A stretch of 46,538 nt of DNA, taken from contig PXSM01000125.1 of assembly GCA_003023465.1 (NCBI GenBank), positions 1-46,538 of the forward strand. The letters are read 5' to 3'. How positions within the stretch are numbered: the stretch's first letter is position 1; the number at the start of each line of letters is the position of its first letter. The notes beneath the pieces were generated by a model. The model was not told the origin of the DNA, searched no databases, and worked only from the letters and a program-made list of their open reading frames with translations. Source of the stretch: Halobacteriales archaeon SW_6_65_15 (GTDB taxonomy: Archaea > Halobacteriota > Halobacteria > Halobacteriales > Haladaptataceae). Of this stretch, positions 9,706 to 18,704 are shown in pieces. Position numbers and translations under genes: made by a program.

Positions 9706-10873
9706 CGTCACCACCGCCCTTGACCTCGCGAACGGCGGATTTCGGGCGCGAGGGCGCTTCGTCCACGGCGTCGGGCCAGATGAGTTCCCGCTGAGGCGGC
9801 AGGATGCCCTCCGGGCGAAAGCGCATCAGCGCGACGATGAGGACGCCGATCAACAACAGTCGCAACGGCGCGACGTCGACCGGAATCCAATCGAACTCGT
9901 TGAGGAACCGGGTTCCCTCCCGAATCGCGACGATGACGAACCCGCCGAACAGCGCGCCGCGGTTCGACCCGCTTCCCCCGAGGATGACCGCGACCCACAC
10001 GTAGAACGTCGTCACGGGGTCGAGGTCGCCCGGGCTGACGAACAGGTTCAGGTGCGCGTAGAACACGCCCGCCAGCGCCATTATCAGGCTGCCGAGCACG
10101 AACGATTGCATTTTGAATGAGTACGTGTTCTTTCCCAGCGCCCGCGCGAGGTCCTCGTCCGAGCGAATCGTCCGCAGGACGCGGCCCCACGGAGAGCGAT
10201 GCACCCGCTTCAGCACGAGATACGTGACGCCGACGAACGCCGCGACGAGCGCGACGTTCAGCAGTCCGCGCCAGAACGCCGCCCCCAGAACGAGTTGCGT
10301 GCCCGGGAGCGCGAGTTCCAGATTCGCCATCGCGCTCGGGAACGTTTCCAACAGCGGCCACCCCTCGAAGAAACTCGGGATGCCGCGGACGCCCGCGCTT
10401 CCGTTGGTCCACTGGCGTTCGTTGAGTACGACGAGCCGAACGACCTCGGCCAACCCGAGCGAGGCGATGGCGAGGTAGTCGGCTCGCAGGCGAAGCGTCG
10501 GCACTCCGATGAGAATCGCCAGAACGCCCGCGACGCCGAGTGCCACCACGAGTCCGACGACCGGGTTGAACCCGCCCGCGATGGGCGACGTGTCCGCGCT
10601 CACGAGTGCGGCACCGTACGCGCCGACGCCGAAGAACGCGGCGACGCTGAAGTTAATCAGTCCGGTGAACCCCCACTGGGAGTTCAGTCCGAACGACAAC
10701 AGCGAGTACATCCCTGCCAGACCAACGAGGTAGAGGAAGTACGTCGGCGCGAGATTGCCGGTGAGTAAGCCGACCAGGAGCAACGCCGCGAATCCGACGA
10801 CGAAAACGAGAACCCCTTGCTCGGGTCGCGTGAGGTCCGCCCAGTACTCGCTCGGGTCGGTGAGTGCGCTCAT
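9698..10873 (-). CDS. livM: Branched-chain amino acid ABC transporter permease
   Basis: GFTGLINFS, LRLRADYLAIASLG, SPWGRVLRTIR, RPEGI. Confidence 0.9.
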   Translation of the reverse strand: MSALTDPSEYWADLTRPEQGVLVFVVGFAALLLVGLLTGNLAPTYFLYLVGLAGMYSLLSFGLNSQWGFTGLINFSVAAFFGVGAYGAALVSADTSPIAGGFNPVVGLVVALGVAGVLAILIGVPTLRLRADYLAIASLGLAEVVRLVVLNERQWTNGSAGVRGIPSFFEGWPLLETFPSAMANLELALPGTQLVLGAAFWRGLLNVALVAAFVGVTYLVLKRVHRSPWGRVLRTIRSDEDLARALGKNTYSFKMQSFVLGSLIMALAGVFYAHLNLFVSPGDLDPVTTFYVWVAVILGGSGSNRGALFGGFVIVAIREGTRFLNEFDWIPVDVAPLRLLLIGVLIVALMRFRPEGILPPQRELIWPDAVDEAPSRPKSAVREVKGGGDDE

Positions 10874-10874
10874 C

Positions 10875-11819
10875 TCAGGTCGCCTCCCCGGCGATTCCGT
10901 TCGGACGAACGAGGAGCACCGCCACCATGATCACGAACGCGATGGCGTTGGCGTACTCGATGCCGACGGGGATTCCGAACTCGTCCGGGACCAGCGGAAG
11001 GAGTGCGCCCAGTTCCGACAGCACCGGCGTCAACTGGTTGATCATGCCGATTAGGAATCCGCCGAGCATCGCGCCGTACACCGAACCGATGCCGCCGAGG
11101 ATGACGGCCGCGAAGATTATCAGCAGGAGATTGAACCCCATTCGGGGCGAGAGCTGGTTGTAGAGACCGAGGAACACGCCGCCGGCCCCCGCCAGTCCGG
11201 CACCGATGAGCCACGTCCAGAGCTTGATCCGGTCCGTCCGAATCCCACTGACGCGCGCGAGGTCGGGGTTGTCCGCCATCGCGCGCATCTTCCGACCGAG
11301 GTCGCTGTGCTGGAGCAGGAGGTGGAGTCCGCCCACGAGCACGGCCGCCGAGACGACGATGGCCACGTCGTGCTTCGTGATTCGGATTCCGTAGGGGATG
11401 AGCCACTCGATGGGGCGGAGGGGCTGGATGCCGAACCGGGTGAAGTCGGCCCCGAAACGCATCTGGATCAACGCACGGTAGATGAACGCGACGCCGATAG
11501 ACGTGATCAGCAGGCCGATAGAGTCGATGTCGAGGGGTTCGTACACGACCTTCTCCGTGACGACCGCGACGACCGCGGCCACGGCGATACCGACGAGGAG
11601 CGCGACGAAGAAGCCGAACGGGAGTCCGAGTACGCTGCCACCGAGACCGCCGACGAGACCGAACGCGACGAACGCCGAGTACGCCCCGACGGTCATCGTA
11701 TCTCCGTGCGCGAAGTTCGCGAAGTCGGCGATGCTGTACACGAGCGATAGCCCGATGCTCCCGAGAACGATGATACTACTGAATATCAGCCCATTGGCGA
11801 GATGTTCTGCGAGAACCAT
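10875..11819 (-). CDS. livH: Branched-chain amino acid ABC transporter permease
   Basis: FANFAHGD, LGRKMRAMADN, AAVILGGIGS, RPNGI. Confidence 0.9.
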   Translation of the reverse strand: MVLAEHLANGLIFSSIIVLGSIGLSLVYSIADFANFAHGDTMTVGAYSAFVAFGLVGGLGGSVLGLPFGFFVALLVGIAVAAVVAVVTEKVVYEPLDIDSIGLLITSIGVAFIYRALIQMRFGADFTRFGIQPLRPIEWLIPYGIRITKHDVAIVVSAAVLVGGLHLLLQHSDLGRKMRAMADNPDLARVSGIRTDRIKLWTWLIGAGLAGAGGVFLGLYNQLSPRMGFNLLLIIFAAVILGGIGSVYGAMLGGFLIGMINQLTPVLSELGALLPLVPDEFGIPVGIEYANAIAFVIMVAVLLVRPNGIAGEAT

Positions 11820-11827
11820 TGGTGGGA

Positions 11828-13102
11828 TTACGACTCGATGAAGCCGCTCCCGACGTAATCGTGGTTCTCGACGGTGAGAATCTGCAAGTAACCCACGGGG
11901 TCACCGTTCTCGTCGAAGTCGATGGGACCGCTGACGCCCTGATAGTCGACGTCGTCGACGCCGCCACCCTCGGCGAGGATCTGGCTCGCGGCCTCGAACG
12001 ACGTCACCTGCTCGCCTTCCGGACGGCTCACTTCGCGGACCGTCTCCTGAAGTGCCGCGCCGGTGAACTCGTCGGCCGCCTGAATCGACAGCGCCGCGTT
12101 GACGACGCAGTCGTAGGCGTAGGCCGACCACGAGGTCGGCTCCTCGCCGTACTCCTCCTCGAACGTGGCGGCGAACTCCTTGTAGTTGTCCTGATCGATG
12201 GGGGCCGACGGCACCACGATCTTCATGCCGTCCATGCTCCCTTCCGGCGTGTTTTCGAGGACGTTGTCGCCCGAGACGGAGTCGGCACCGTAGAACTGGG
12301 CGTCGTACCCGCTGGAGAAGATCTCGTTCACCATCGTGGCGAACTCCGCCTGATAGGTGATGAACAACCACGCGTCCGCGCCGGAACTGTTCATCTCCGA
12401 GACGACGCCGGAGTAGGACTGCTGTTCCTGGTCGTGGGGGTTGTTGTAGGCCACGTTGCCGTCCCACGCCTCGACGAACGCGTCGGTGAGACTCTGACCG
12501 TAGTCGTTGTTGACGTAGGTGATCGCCACATCGTCGTACCCGTCGTCGGCGATGATGTCGGCGAGTGCGACGGACTGCGTGCGGCCGGTCGGCGACATCC
12601 GAAGCAGGCCGGGGAAGTCGGTGAGGCTCAGTCCCGTGGAGTTCTGGCTCAACTGGACGACGTCGGTGCCCTGAATCACGCTCTCGTAGATCGCCAGCGA
12701 GACGCCCGAGCCCACCGCCCCGATGAGGAACGGGACGTTGTCCTGATTCACCAGCTTCTGGGCGGCCGAGACGCCGCTCTGGCTCTCGGACTCCGAGTCC
12801 TCGACGATGATGTCGAGTTCCGCCCCGTCGATTCCGACGTCGTTCACCGCCCTGAGTGCGAGGTCCTTGCCGCGCTGGTTGCGCTCGCCGAACGCCGACA
12901 GCGAGCCGGTCAGCGAGTCCACCATCCCAATCGTGTAGGAATCCGGACCGTCGCTCCCGTCATCTTCGGTTTCGGTATCTTGTTTGCCCCCACCCCTATC
13001 GTCGGTCGGACCGGCATAGCCAGCCAGCACGGTCATGCCCGCGCCGCCCGTGGCCTTCAACAGCGTTCTGCGGTCGATGATATCAGTATCGTTTCGTGAC
13101 AT
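11828..13102 (-). CDS. ABC substrate-binding protein (LivJ/LivK-type), Tat-exported
   Basis: DRRTLLK twin-arginine, SLTG..., YVNNDYG, YAYDCV, GVSGPIDFDENGD; lipobox reads LAGY. Confidence 0.88.
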   Translation of the reverse strand: MSRNDTDIIDRRTLLKATGGAGMTVLAGYAGPTDDRGGGKQDTETEDDGSDGPDSYTIGMVDSLTGSLSAFGERNQRGKDLALRAVNDVGIDGAELDIIVEDSESESQSGVSAAQKLVNQDNVPFLIGAVGSGVSLAIYESVIQGTDVVQLSQNSTGLSLTDFPGLLRMSPTGRTQSVALADIIADDGYDDVAITYVNNDYGQSLTDAFVEAWDGNVAYNNPHDQEQQSYSGVVSEMNSSGADAWLFITYQAEFATMVNEIFSSGYDAQFYGADSVSGDNVLENTPEGSMDGMKIVVPSAPIDQDNYKEFAATFEEEYGEEPTSWSAYAYDCVVNAALSIQAADEFTGAALQETVREVSRPEGEQVTSFEAASQILAEGGGVDDVDYQGVSGPIDFDENGDPVGYLQILTVENHDYVGSGFIES

Positions 13103-13372
13103 TTCTTCTCTAAGAGGTTGTGTCGGTGCGTCATGGTGCCCCAACCGTGGTCATCGCGGAGATAGAAACAATCGGCATAAATACCAATATATCTAATCAA
13201 ATGTGATACATTCGAGTAGGATTTATGCTTCTCGACTGTCGTAAGCTACGGTCGCGGACAGGTCAGCGTCTCGTGTTTAAATTTTGATTCCACCAGTTGC
13301 CACGGCTTCGTCGTTCGGATGGCCGAGGTGTTCGGACGCCAGAGGCCGAACGTCAGCCGTGTCGCCCGACCG

Positions 13373-14414
13373 CTACTCTCGCACTGCCCACCTGAGGGCG
13401 TCCGCGAACTTCAGCGCCGAGTCGTAGCGGTCGGCGGGGTCGGCGGCGAGAGCGCGACGGAGTACGTCCCGAAGTTCGTCGGACCGCTCGTCGTCACCGA
13501 GCAGGTCGCGGGCCATCGCAGCGAGCTGGTACGCGTCGGCCGCTTCGGAGCCAGCGCTCCCGGAGTCGGAACCGGATTCGGGCGGTCGGTATCCCTCAGG
13601 CGGGCTCCGGAGCTCGGCCGCGAGCCGCCAGTCGCCGACCCGGACGCCGTCCGGCGCGAAGAGGACGTTCCCGGGCACGAGTTGGCCGTGGGTCACCCCC
13701 TCGCGGTGGGCCCGGTGGACCGTCTCGGCCGCCGTCGCGACGACCCGGGCGCGTTCGGCGACCGTCAGGTCCCCGCCCTTCGTTGCGAGGTCGCCGCCCG
13801 TCGCGTACTCGGTGGCGACCCACTGGACGGGGTCGGTGCCCCACTCCCGGACGGCGAGCGCGCCCGGAACGTCGAGGTCGGCCCACTTCTCGACCGCCGC
13901 CTCGAAGTCCGCCCGCGCGATCTCGCTACGGGACGACGAGCCTCGGGAGCACCGCCGCGACGAACGGTCGGCGGGCGTCCTCGTAGCGCCAGCGGACGCT
14001 CCCGTCGTCCGGATCGAGCGCGTATACATGGTCGTCGTCGGTCACGTACACGGTCCGGCCGAGGAGCGAGTACCCCGACTCCGGTGCGACCCGCACGCCC
14101 GGATAGTCGCCCTCGACCTCGAACCGCCAGCGTCGGGTGCCGTCGGTCGCTATCGCGTGGGCGACGCCCGCCGTGCGGGCGTAGAGCGTACCCTCGACCG
14201 GGCCGGTGAGGTACGCGCCGTCGTCGCCGAGGTCGAGCGACCAGCGCTCGTCGGCCGTCGGGACGAACGGGTGGTCGGGGACCGCGTCGGTGACGTTGCC
14301 CCACGAGGCGACGGGGTGGCCGTTCCACGACGCGACGGGGAAGCCGGTGGCGACCGACCCGCCGACGCCGGTGGCGGAGAGGAACTCGCGTCTCGTCGGG
14401 GACCCGTCCGTCAT
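13373..14414 (-). pseudogene. Disrupted Tat-signal PQQ-like beta-propeller + Ser/Thr kinase-like protein (middle missing)
   Basis: 5' frame 13926-14414: TRREFL and YALDPDDGSVRW repeats; 3' frame: WVATEY..GGDL, HGQLVPGNVLF, VGDW, ADAYQL, ALAADPADRY; frames switch near 13930. Confidence 0.7.
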
Positions 14415-14655
14415 CGTCCCGGTCGTCTCATCGGGTTCACATGTATCTTGTTCTCTCGGTGACCCCGGCCGTCGCGGCGCGCTGTCGGCGACGTACTCGC
14501 CATCACGTCGCCCGAAACACAGTCTCGAACATCTAAAAACCCCCTATATGATGTCTTAAGACACAAATACGATTTCGAGTTCGAGACGTAGGGCGTCGCG
14601 TCACCGCCGGCCGCCGAGCGGGTACGTTTAACACGGCCCGCTCCATCCGTCGAGT

Positions 14656-15268
14656 ATGGACGTCATCGACGCCCTCGAAGCACGTCGAGGAGTGACCTGC
14701 GTCGTCGGAGCGGGCGGCAAGAAGACGACCATGGCGACGGTCGCGGGCCGGCTCGACCGGGCGGTCGTCACCGCCACCGTCCGCATCCCGATCTTCGACT
14801 CGTGGGTGGACGCCCGCTCGGCGTCGTCCCCGAACGGGAGCGCCCGGACCGGTATCTCGGGTACGACCTCGAAACCGTCGACGACCTCGCCGACTGCCGC
14901 GACCCGGTGCTGGTGAAGGCCGACGGCGCGCGGATGCGCGAGTTCAAGGCCCCGAGCGACCGAGAACCCCAGATACCGTCGAGCGCGGACGCGGTCGTCC
15001 CGATTGCGAGCGCCCACGTCGTGGGCGAACCCCTCGACGACGAACGCGTCCACCGCGTCGACCGCGTGTCGGCCCTCACGGGACGGGACCCCGGCGACGA
15101 ACTCCGGCCCGCGGACGTGGCGGCCGTGTTGGCGAGCGAGGACGGCGGCCGGAAGGGCGTGCCCGACGGCGCGACGGTCGTTCCGCTGATAAACATGGTC
15201 GACGACGACGACCTCGAGGCGACGGCGCGCGAGGTCGCCGCGGAGGTGCGCGCTCGCGGCGCGAGCGT
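14656..15268 (+). pseudogene. yqeC: YqeC (selenium-dependent Mo-hydroxylase accessory family), interrupted
   Basis: CVVGAGGKKTT then, after a frame change near 14810, VLVKADGARMREFKAPSDREPQIP and VPLINMVD; no own stop before the convergent gene. Confidence 0.78.
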
Positions 15269-15269
15269 C

Positions 15270-15476
15270 TCACTCGCTCCGTTCGGGAGACGGCCGGAGG
15301 AACGAGACGCCCCCGCAGGCGGGACACTCGACGGCGTCGGCGGTCGCCGCGGTCACCGAGTCGACGCGGCCGAAGGCGACGAGTCGCTCGGTCGGCTCCG
15401 GAATCTGGCGGCCGCAGAGCGGGCAGTCGACGACGCCGGCGCGGAGTCGCTCGCGCGGGATGGTGTTGGTCGTCAC
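15270..15476 (-). CDS. Small CPxCG zinc-finger protein (68 aa)
   Basis: CPLCG and CPACG motifs. Confidence 0.75.
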   Translation of the reverse strand: MTTNTIPRERLRAGVVDCPLCGRQIPEPTERLVAFGRVDSVTAATADAVECPACGGVSFLRPSPERSE

Positions 15477-15547
15477 CGCGACCCCTCCGCTGCCGTCGCG
15501 CAGGTCGGTGGGGCCGCCGGAATCGCGCCGTTCGTCGCGGCGCGCAT
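15473..15547 (-). CDS. Possible 24-aa micro-ORF between mobA and the CPxCG gene
   Basis: MRAATNGAIPAAPPTCATAAEGSR; ATG 3 nt after the mobA stop, TGA overlaps next GTG. Confidence 0.3.
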   Translation of the reverse strand: MRAATNGAIPAAPPTCATAAEGSR

Positions 15548-15550
15548 CGG

Positions 15551-16060
15551 TCAGAATCGCTCCTTGGCGGCTTCGAGTTCCGCCCGCGTGTTGACGTTCT
15601 CGAACGTCTCCATCGACGCGTGTTCTTCGATCTCCTCGCGGTCCACGACCACGTAGTCGAGGTCAGAGAGCGCGACGATGATGCGCCTGTCCTCGCCGTC
15701 GAGCACCGCCTCGCAGGCGGGAGCCATCACGTCCGCGCGGTAGACGGCCTGCGTGGTCTGGAACCACTCGTCGGGGCGGGGCACCGCCGCGTCGTGGCCC
15801 GCGGCCCGGTCGAAGAGGTGCGACGCGAACGAGGGATCGACGAACGGCATGTCGCAGGCGACGACGAGCCCGTACTCTGCCTCGGCGGCGTCGAGTCCCG
15901 CGGCGATGCCCGCAGTGGGGCCGAGGTCCGGTTCGGGGTCGAGCGCGAACGAGACCGGCAGTTCGAAGTCCTCGAACGCCTCGCGGATGGCCGCGCGCTG
16001 GTCGCGGCGGCAGTTGACGACCACCTCGTCGACGACCGGGGCGACGCGGTCGGCGATGAG
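15551..16060 (-). pseudogene. mobA: Molybdenum cofactor guanylyltransferase, N-terminus (LAGG/GxDK) missing
   Basis: ADRVAPVVDEVVVNCR, GPTAGI, VVACDMPFV, FENVNTRAEL; no recognisable 5' end. Confidence 0.82.
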
Positions 16061-16116
16061 TCTTGGCCGTGCCGGTTTGCACAATCATAATACGAGGGTA
16101 CTACGTATTGTCTGGT

Positions 16117-16515
16117 ATGCGAATGGAACTCAGGGTCTGCAAACACTGCTACGAGGGCGACCACGGGAACGAGCAGAAGACCGCGGTGACGCGCGACATG
16201 GTGACCTGCGCGAGGCGCATCCGCGAGTACAAGGACCTCATTAGCCTCGACGCCCTCTACGTCACGATGGTCGAGGAGGGCGACCCGGGCGGCGCCGAGG
16301 AGTTGCAGGCCATCGTCGCGAGCATCGAGGGCGACCAAGTCGCGCTCTCGGACACCCAGCTGGTCATGGAGGACGAGGACGGCAACATGCTCGTCTACCC
16401 GGAACCCGAGGACATCCTGCAGGTCCTGACCCGCAACATCGACCAGATTCAAGAACAGACCCGCCAGGACGTGACGGTCGAACTCTCCGCCGAGGGTGCG
16501 GAACTCATCTCCTGA
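16117..16515 (+). CDS. Conserved hypothetical acidic protein with CxxC (FDH-associated)
   Basis: MRMELRVCKHCY...; strong codon bias; start 16117 or 16123. Confidence 0.75.
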   Translation: MRMELRVCKHCYEGDHGNEQKTAVTRDMVTCARRIREYKDLISLDALYVTMVEEGDPGGAEELQAIVASIEGDQVALSDTQLVMEDEDGNMLVYPEPEDILQVLTRNIDQIQEQTRQDVTVELSAEGAELIS

Positions 16516-16564
16516 GACGTGAACGCCAGAAGAAGGCTTCCGAAACGCGAACGCGAGAAGAAGG

Positions 16565-16599
16565 CGGGTGGCGAACGAAACGGGTGGCGAACGAAACGG
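16565..16599. repeat. Tandem 16-nt repeat downstream of the FDH operon; complementary to 22040-22054
   Basis: cgggtggcgaacgaaa x2; core tggcgaacgaaacgg at 16569-16583 and 16585-16599. Confidence 0.8.
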
Positions 16600-16606
16600 A
16601 GTCGGC

Positions 16607-17620
16607 CTAATCTTCTGCGGAGGAGACGTCGCCGCCGTCGGTCGCGGCCGGTCCCTCCCGCTCCTCCCGGAGCTGGCGCTCCCAGCGGCGGCGGACCACG
16701 TTACCGTACAGCGACAGCACGAGGCCGACGAACAGCACGAAGATGCCGACGTTGATCCCGATGGTGAGCAGGAGGTCGAACGGCGATCCTTCGAGGTGGA
16801 GTTCCCGCGGAACGGGATACCCCTCGTCGACGATGCTCGCCGTCATCACGCTCGTGATGCCGATGACGACGAGGACGCCCATCAGGTTCGCGACCTTGTT
16901 CCAGCTCGACGCCAGCGACAGCTCCTCGATGCCGGTGCCGTCGGCGTCGGCGTCGTCGGCGTGGCTCTCGGGGATCATCCGCCGCGGGATGAACGCCTTG
17001 GTCTCCAGCGGGTAGAAGGCGGGGTGGAACCCGTGTTCGAAGATGTGGAACATCACGCCCATCAGCATGATGATGCCCAGCAGCCCGTGGAAGACGACGA
17101 ACGCCATCGCGGCGGTCCTGGTCGCGAAGTACTGCATCAACCCGGACTTGCTCCAGATGAGCAGCCCGGAGACGACCAGCAGCGTCAGCTCGATGGCGAA
17201 GATGAACACGACGCCCTTACCGACGTAGGACAGCAGCGGCACCTCGTCGGACTCGTACCCGGCGAACTGCCGGGCGTTGGGGTGGCGTTCGTCGGCGCGA
17301 CCCAGCATGAACTTGACGTCCTGGACGAACGCGTCGACGTCCTCGCGCGTGGGGACGATCTCCCGGAAGTTACTCCGGCCGGTGTCGGTGATCAGCATCA
17401 TCACCATCCAGAACACGACCAGGGCGATGAGCCCGAGCCCGGCGAGGCGGTGGACGGCGACGACGCCGACGTTGCCGCCCATCAACACCAGCAGCCACCA
17501 GAGGTGGTCGTTGAACATGAGGGCGTAGCCGGTGAAGAACAGCGCGAACACGTCCAGCGCCAGCAGCGAGTGGAACGTCGTCGTCATCCGCGTGAACTTC
17601 CCGTGGTCGAGATTGGTCAT
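16607..17620 (-). CDS. fdhC: Formate dehydrogenase cytochrome b (gamma) subunit
   Basis: FdnI-like: FHSLL, FTGYAL, VHRLAG, SGLLIW, FHGLL, FHIF heme His pattern. Confidence 0.85.
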   Translation of the reverse strand: MTNLDHGKFTRMTTTFHSLLALDVFALFFTGYALMFNDHLWWLLVLMGGNVGVVAVHRLAGLGLIALVVFWMVMMLITDTGRSNFREIVPTREDVDAFVQDVKFMLGRADERHPNARQFAGYESDEVPLLSYVGKGVVFIFAIELTLLVVSGLLIWSKSGLMQYFATRTAAMAFVVFHGLLGIIMLMGVMFHIFEHGFHPAFYPLETKAFIPRRMIPESHADDADADGTGIEELSLASSWNKVANLMGVLVVIGITSVMTASIVDEGYPVPRELHLEGSPFDLLLTIGINVGIFVLFVGLVLSLYGNVVRRRWERQLREEREGPAATDGGDVSSAED

Positions 17621-18012
17621 TCCGCCTCACCTCCGTCGGTGCGCTCGGCGTCGGGAGTCGTTCCGCTGCGCGTCCAGCCCGGCGGGCGCATCTGCGCGGC
17701 CAGCCGGCGGAAGGCCGCCCAGTGGACGAACACCAGGAACAGGATGAACACGCCGAGTATCACGTCGGCCGCGTGGATCAGCGCGATGAGGAAGTCCAAG
17801 GCCGGCATCGTGTTCCCGGCGACCCAGTCGGAACCGACGCCGCCGCCCTCCACGGTCGGGCCGACCCGGAACAGTCCCTCGTAGAAGACGTCGAACCCGG
17901 CCGCTGCCCACGCCAGCACGGCCGTGACCACGAGGCTGACCGCGGCGGCGAACAGTATCGACGCTCGACCGTACGTGCTGACCTCGTCCTCGGGGAGTTC
18001 GTATTCGGCCAT
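17617..18012 (-). CDS. Two-helix membrane protein inside the FDH operon
   Basis: 131 aa, 2 hydrophobic segments, His in IHAAD and VHW; abuts fdhB and overlaps fdhC. Confidence 0.75.
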   Translation of the reverse strand: MAEYELPEDEVSTYGRASILFAAAVSLVVTAVLAWAAAGFDVFYEGLFRVGPTVEGGGVGSDWVAGNTMPALDFLIALIHAADVILGVFILFLVFVHWAAFRRLAAQMRPPGWTRSGTTPDAERTDGGEAE

Positions 18013-18693
18013 CTAGAACGCCTCCGCTTCGTCCTCCCCGAAGATGACGTTCATCGCGACGTCGTTGAAGAAGACGCCGCTGTCGCGCTTCTCCAGTTCG
18101 TCCGCGATCTGCTGGGGTTCGCCGACGAGGATGGCGTCGGTCGAACACTCCTCGGCGCAGGCCGGCCCCTTGCCGACGCTCTGGCGCTCCTCGCACATCG
18201 TACACTTGTCCATCGTCCCGCCGCTGCCGAACAGGTTCGCCACGCCCTCGTCGGAGTTGGGGAACTGCGGCGCGCCGAACGGACAGGCGGAGAGGCAGTA
18301 CTGACAGCCCACGCACAGGCTGTCGCGGACGTCGACGAAGCCGTCTTCGAGGCTGACCAGCGAGTCCGTCGGACAGACCGACACGCAGGGCGCGTTACTA
18401 CAGTGGTAACACTGCATCGGGATGGACGTCTCGCCCGGGTTGTCTCCCTGCTCCATCGCGCGGCCGGGTGACGCGTTGAGTCCCTCCGCGCCCTCCTGGC
18501 CTTCCAGCATCGTCGCGACGCTGATGCGCTGTTCGTCGCGCGGGACGTCCCACGTTCGTTTGCAGGCGACGACGCAGCCGCCGCAGTCGATGCAGGCCTC
18601 GACGTCCGGGAATATCCGGGTGTTCTCGCCGACGCTCATCACGCCGTCGCCCATGACCTCGTCGCCCGTGAATTCTTGGTTGGATTTTGACAT
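18013..18693 (-). CDS. fdhB: Formate dehydrogenase 4Fe-4S (beta) subunit
   Basis: CIDCGGCVVAC, CYHCSNAPCVSVCP, CVGCQYCLSACP, KCTMC..PACAEEC. Confidence 0.92.
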   Translation of the reverse strand: MSKSNQEFTGDEVMGDGVMSVGENTRIFPDVEACIDCGGCVVACKRTWDVPRDEQRISVATMLEGQEGAEGLNASPGRAMEQGDNPGETSIPMQCYHCSNAPCVSVCPTDSLVSLEDGFVDVRDSLCVGCQYCLSACPFGAPQFPNSDEGVANLFGSGGTMDKCTMCEERQSVGKGPACAEECSTDAILVGEPQQIADELEKRDSGVFFNDVAMNVIFGEDEAEAF

Positions 18694-18704
18694 TCTTGGT
18701 CACC

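Noticed and set aside
14301-14345. 24-nt duplication (PVASW x2) after the Tat signal
   Set aside because: Short linker duplication with no functional evidence
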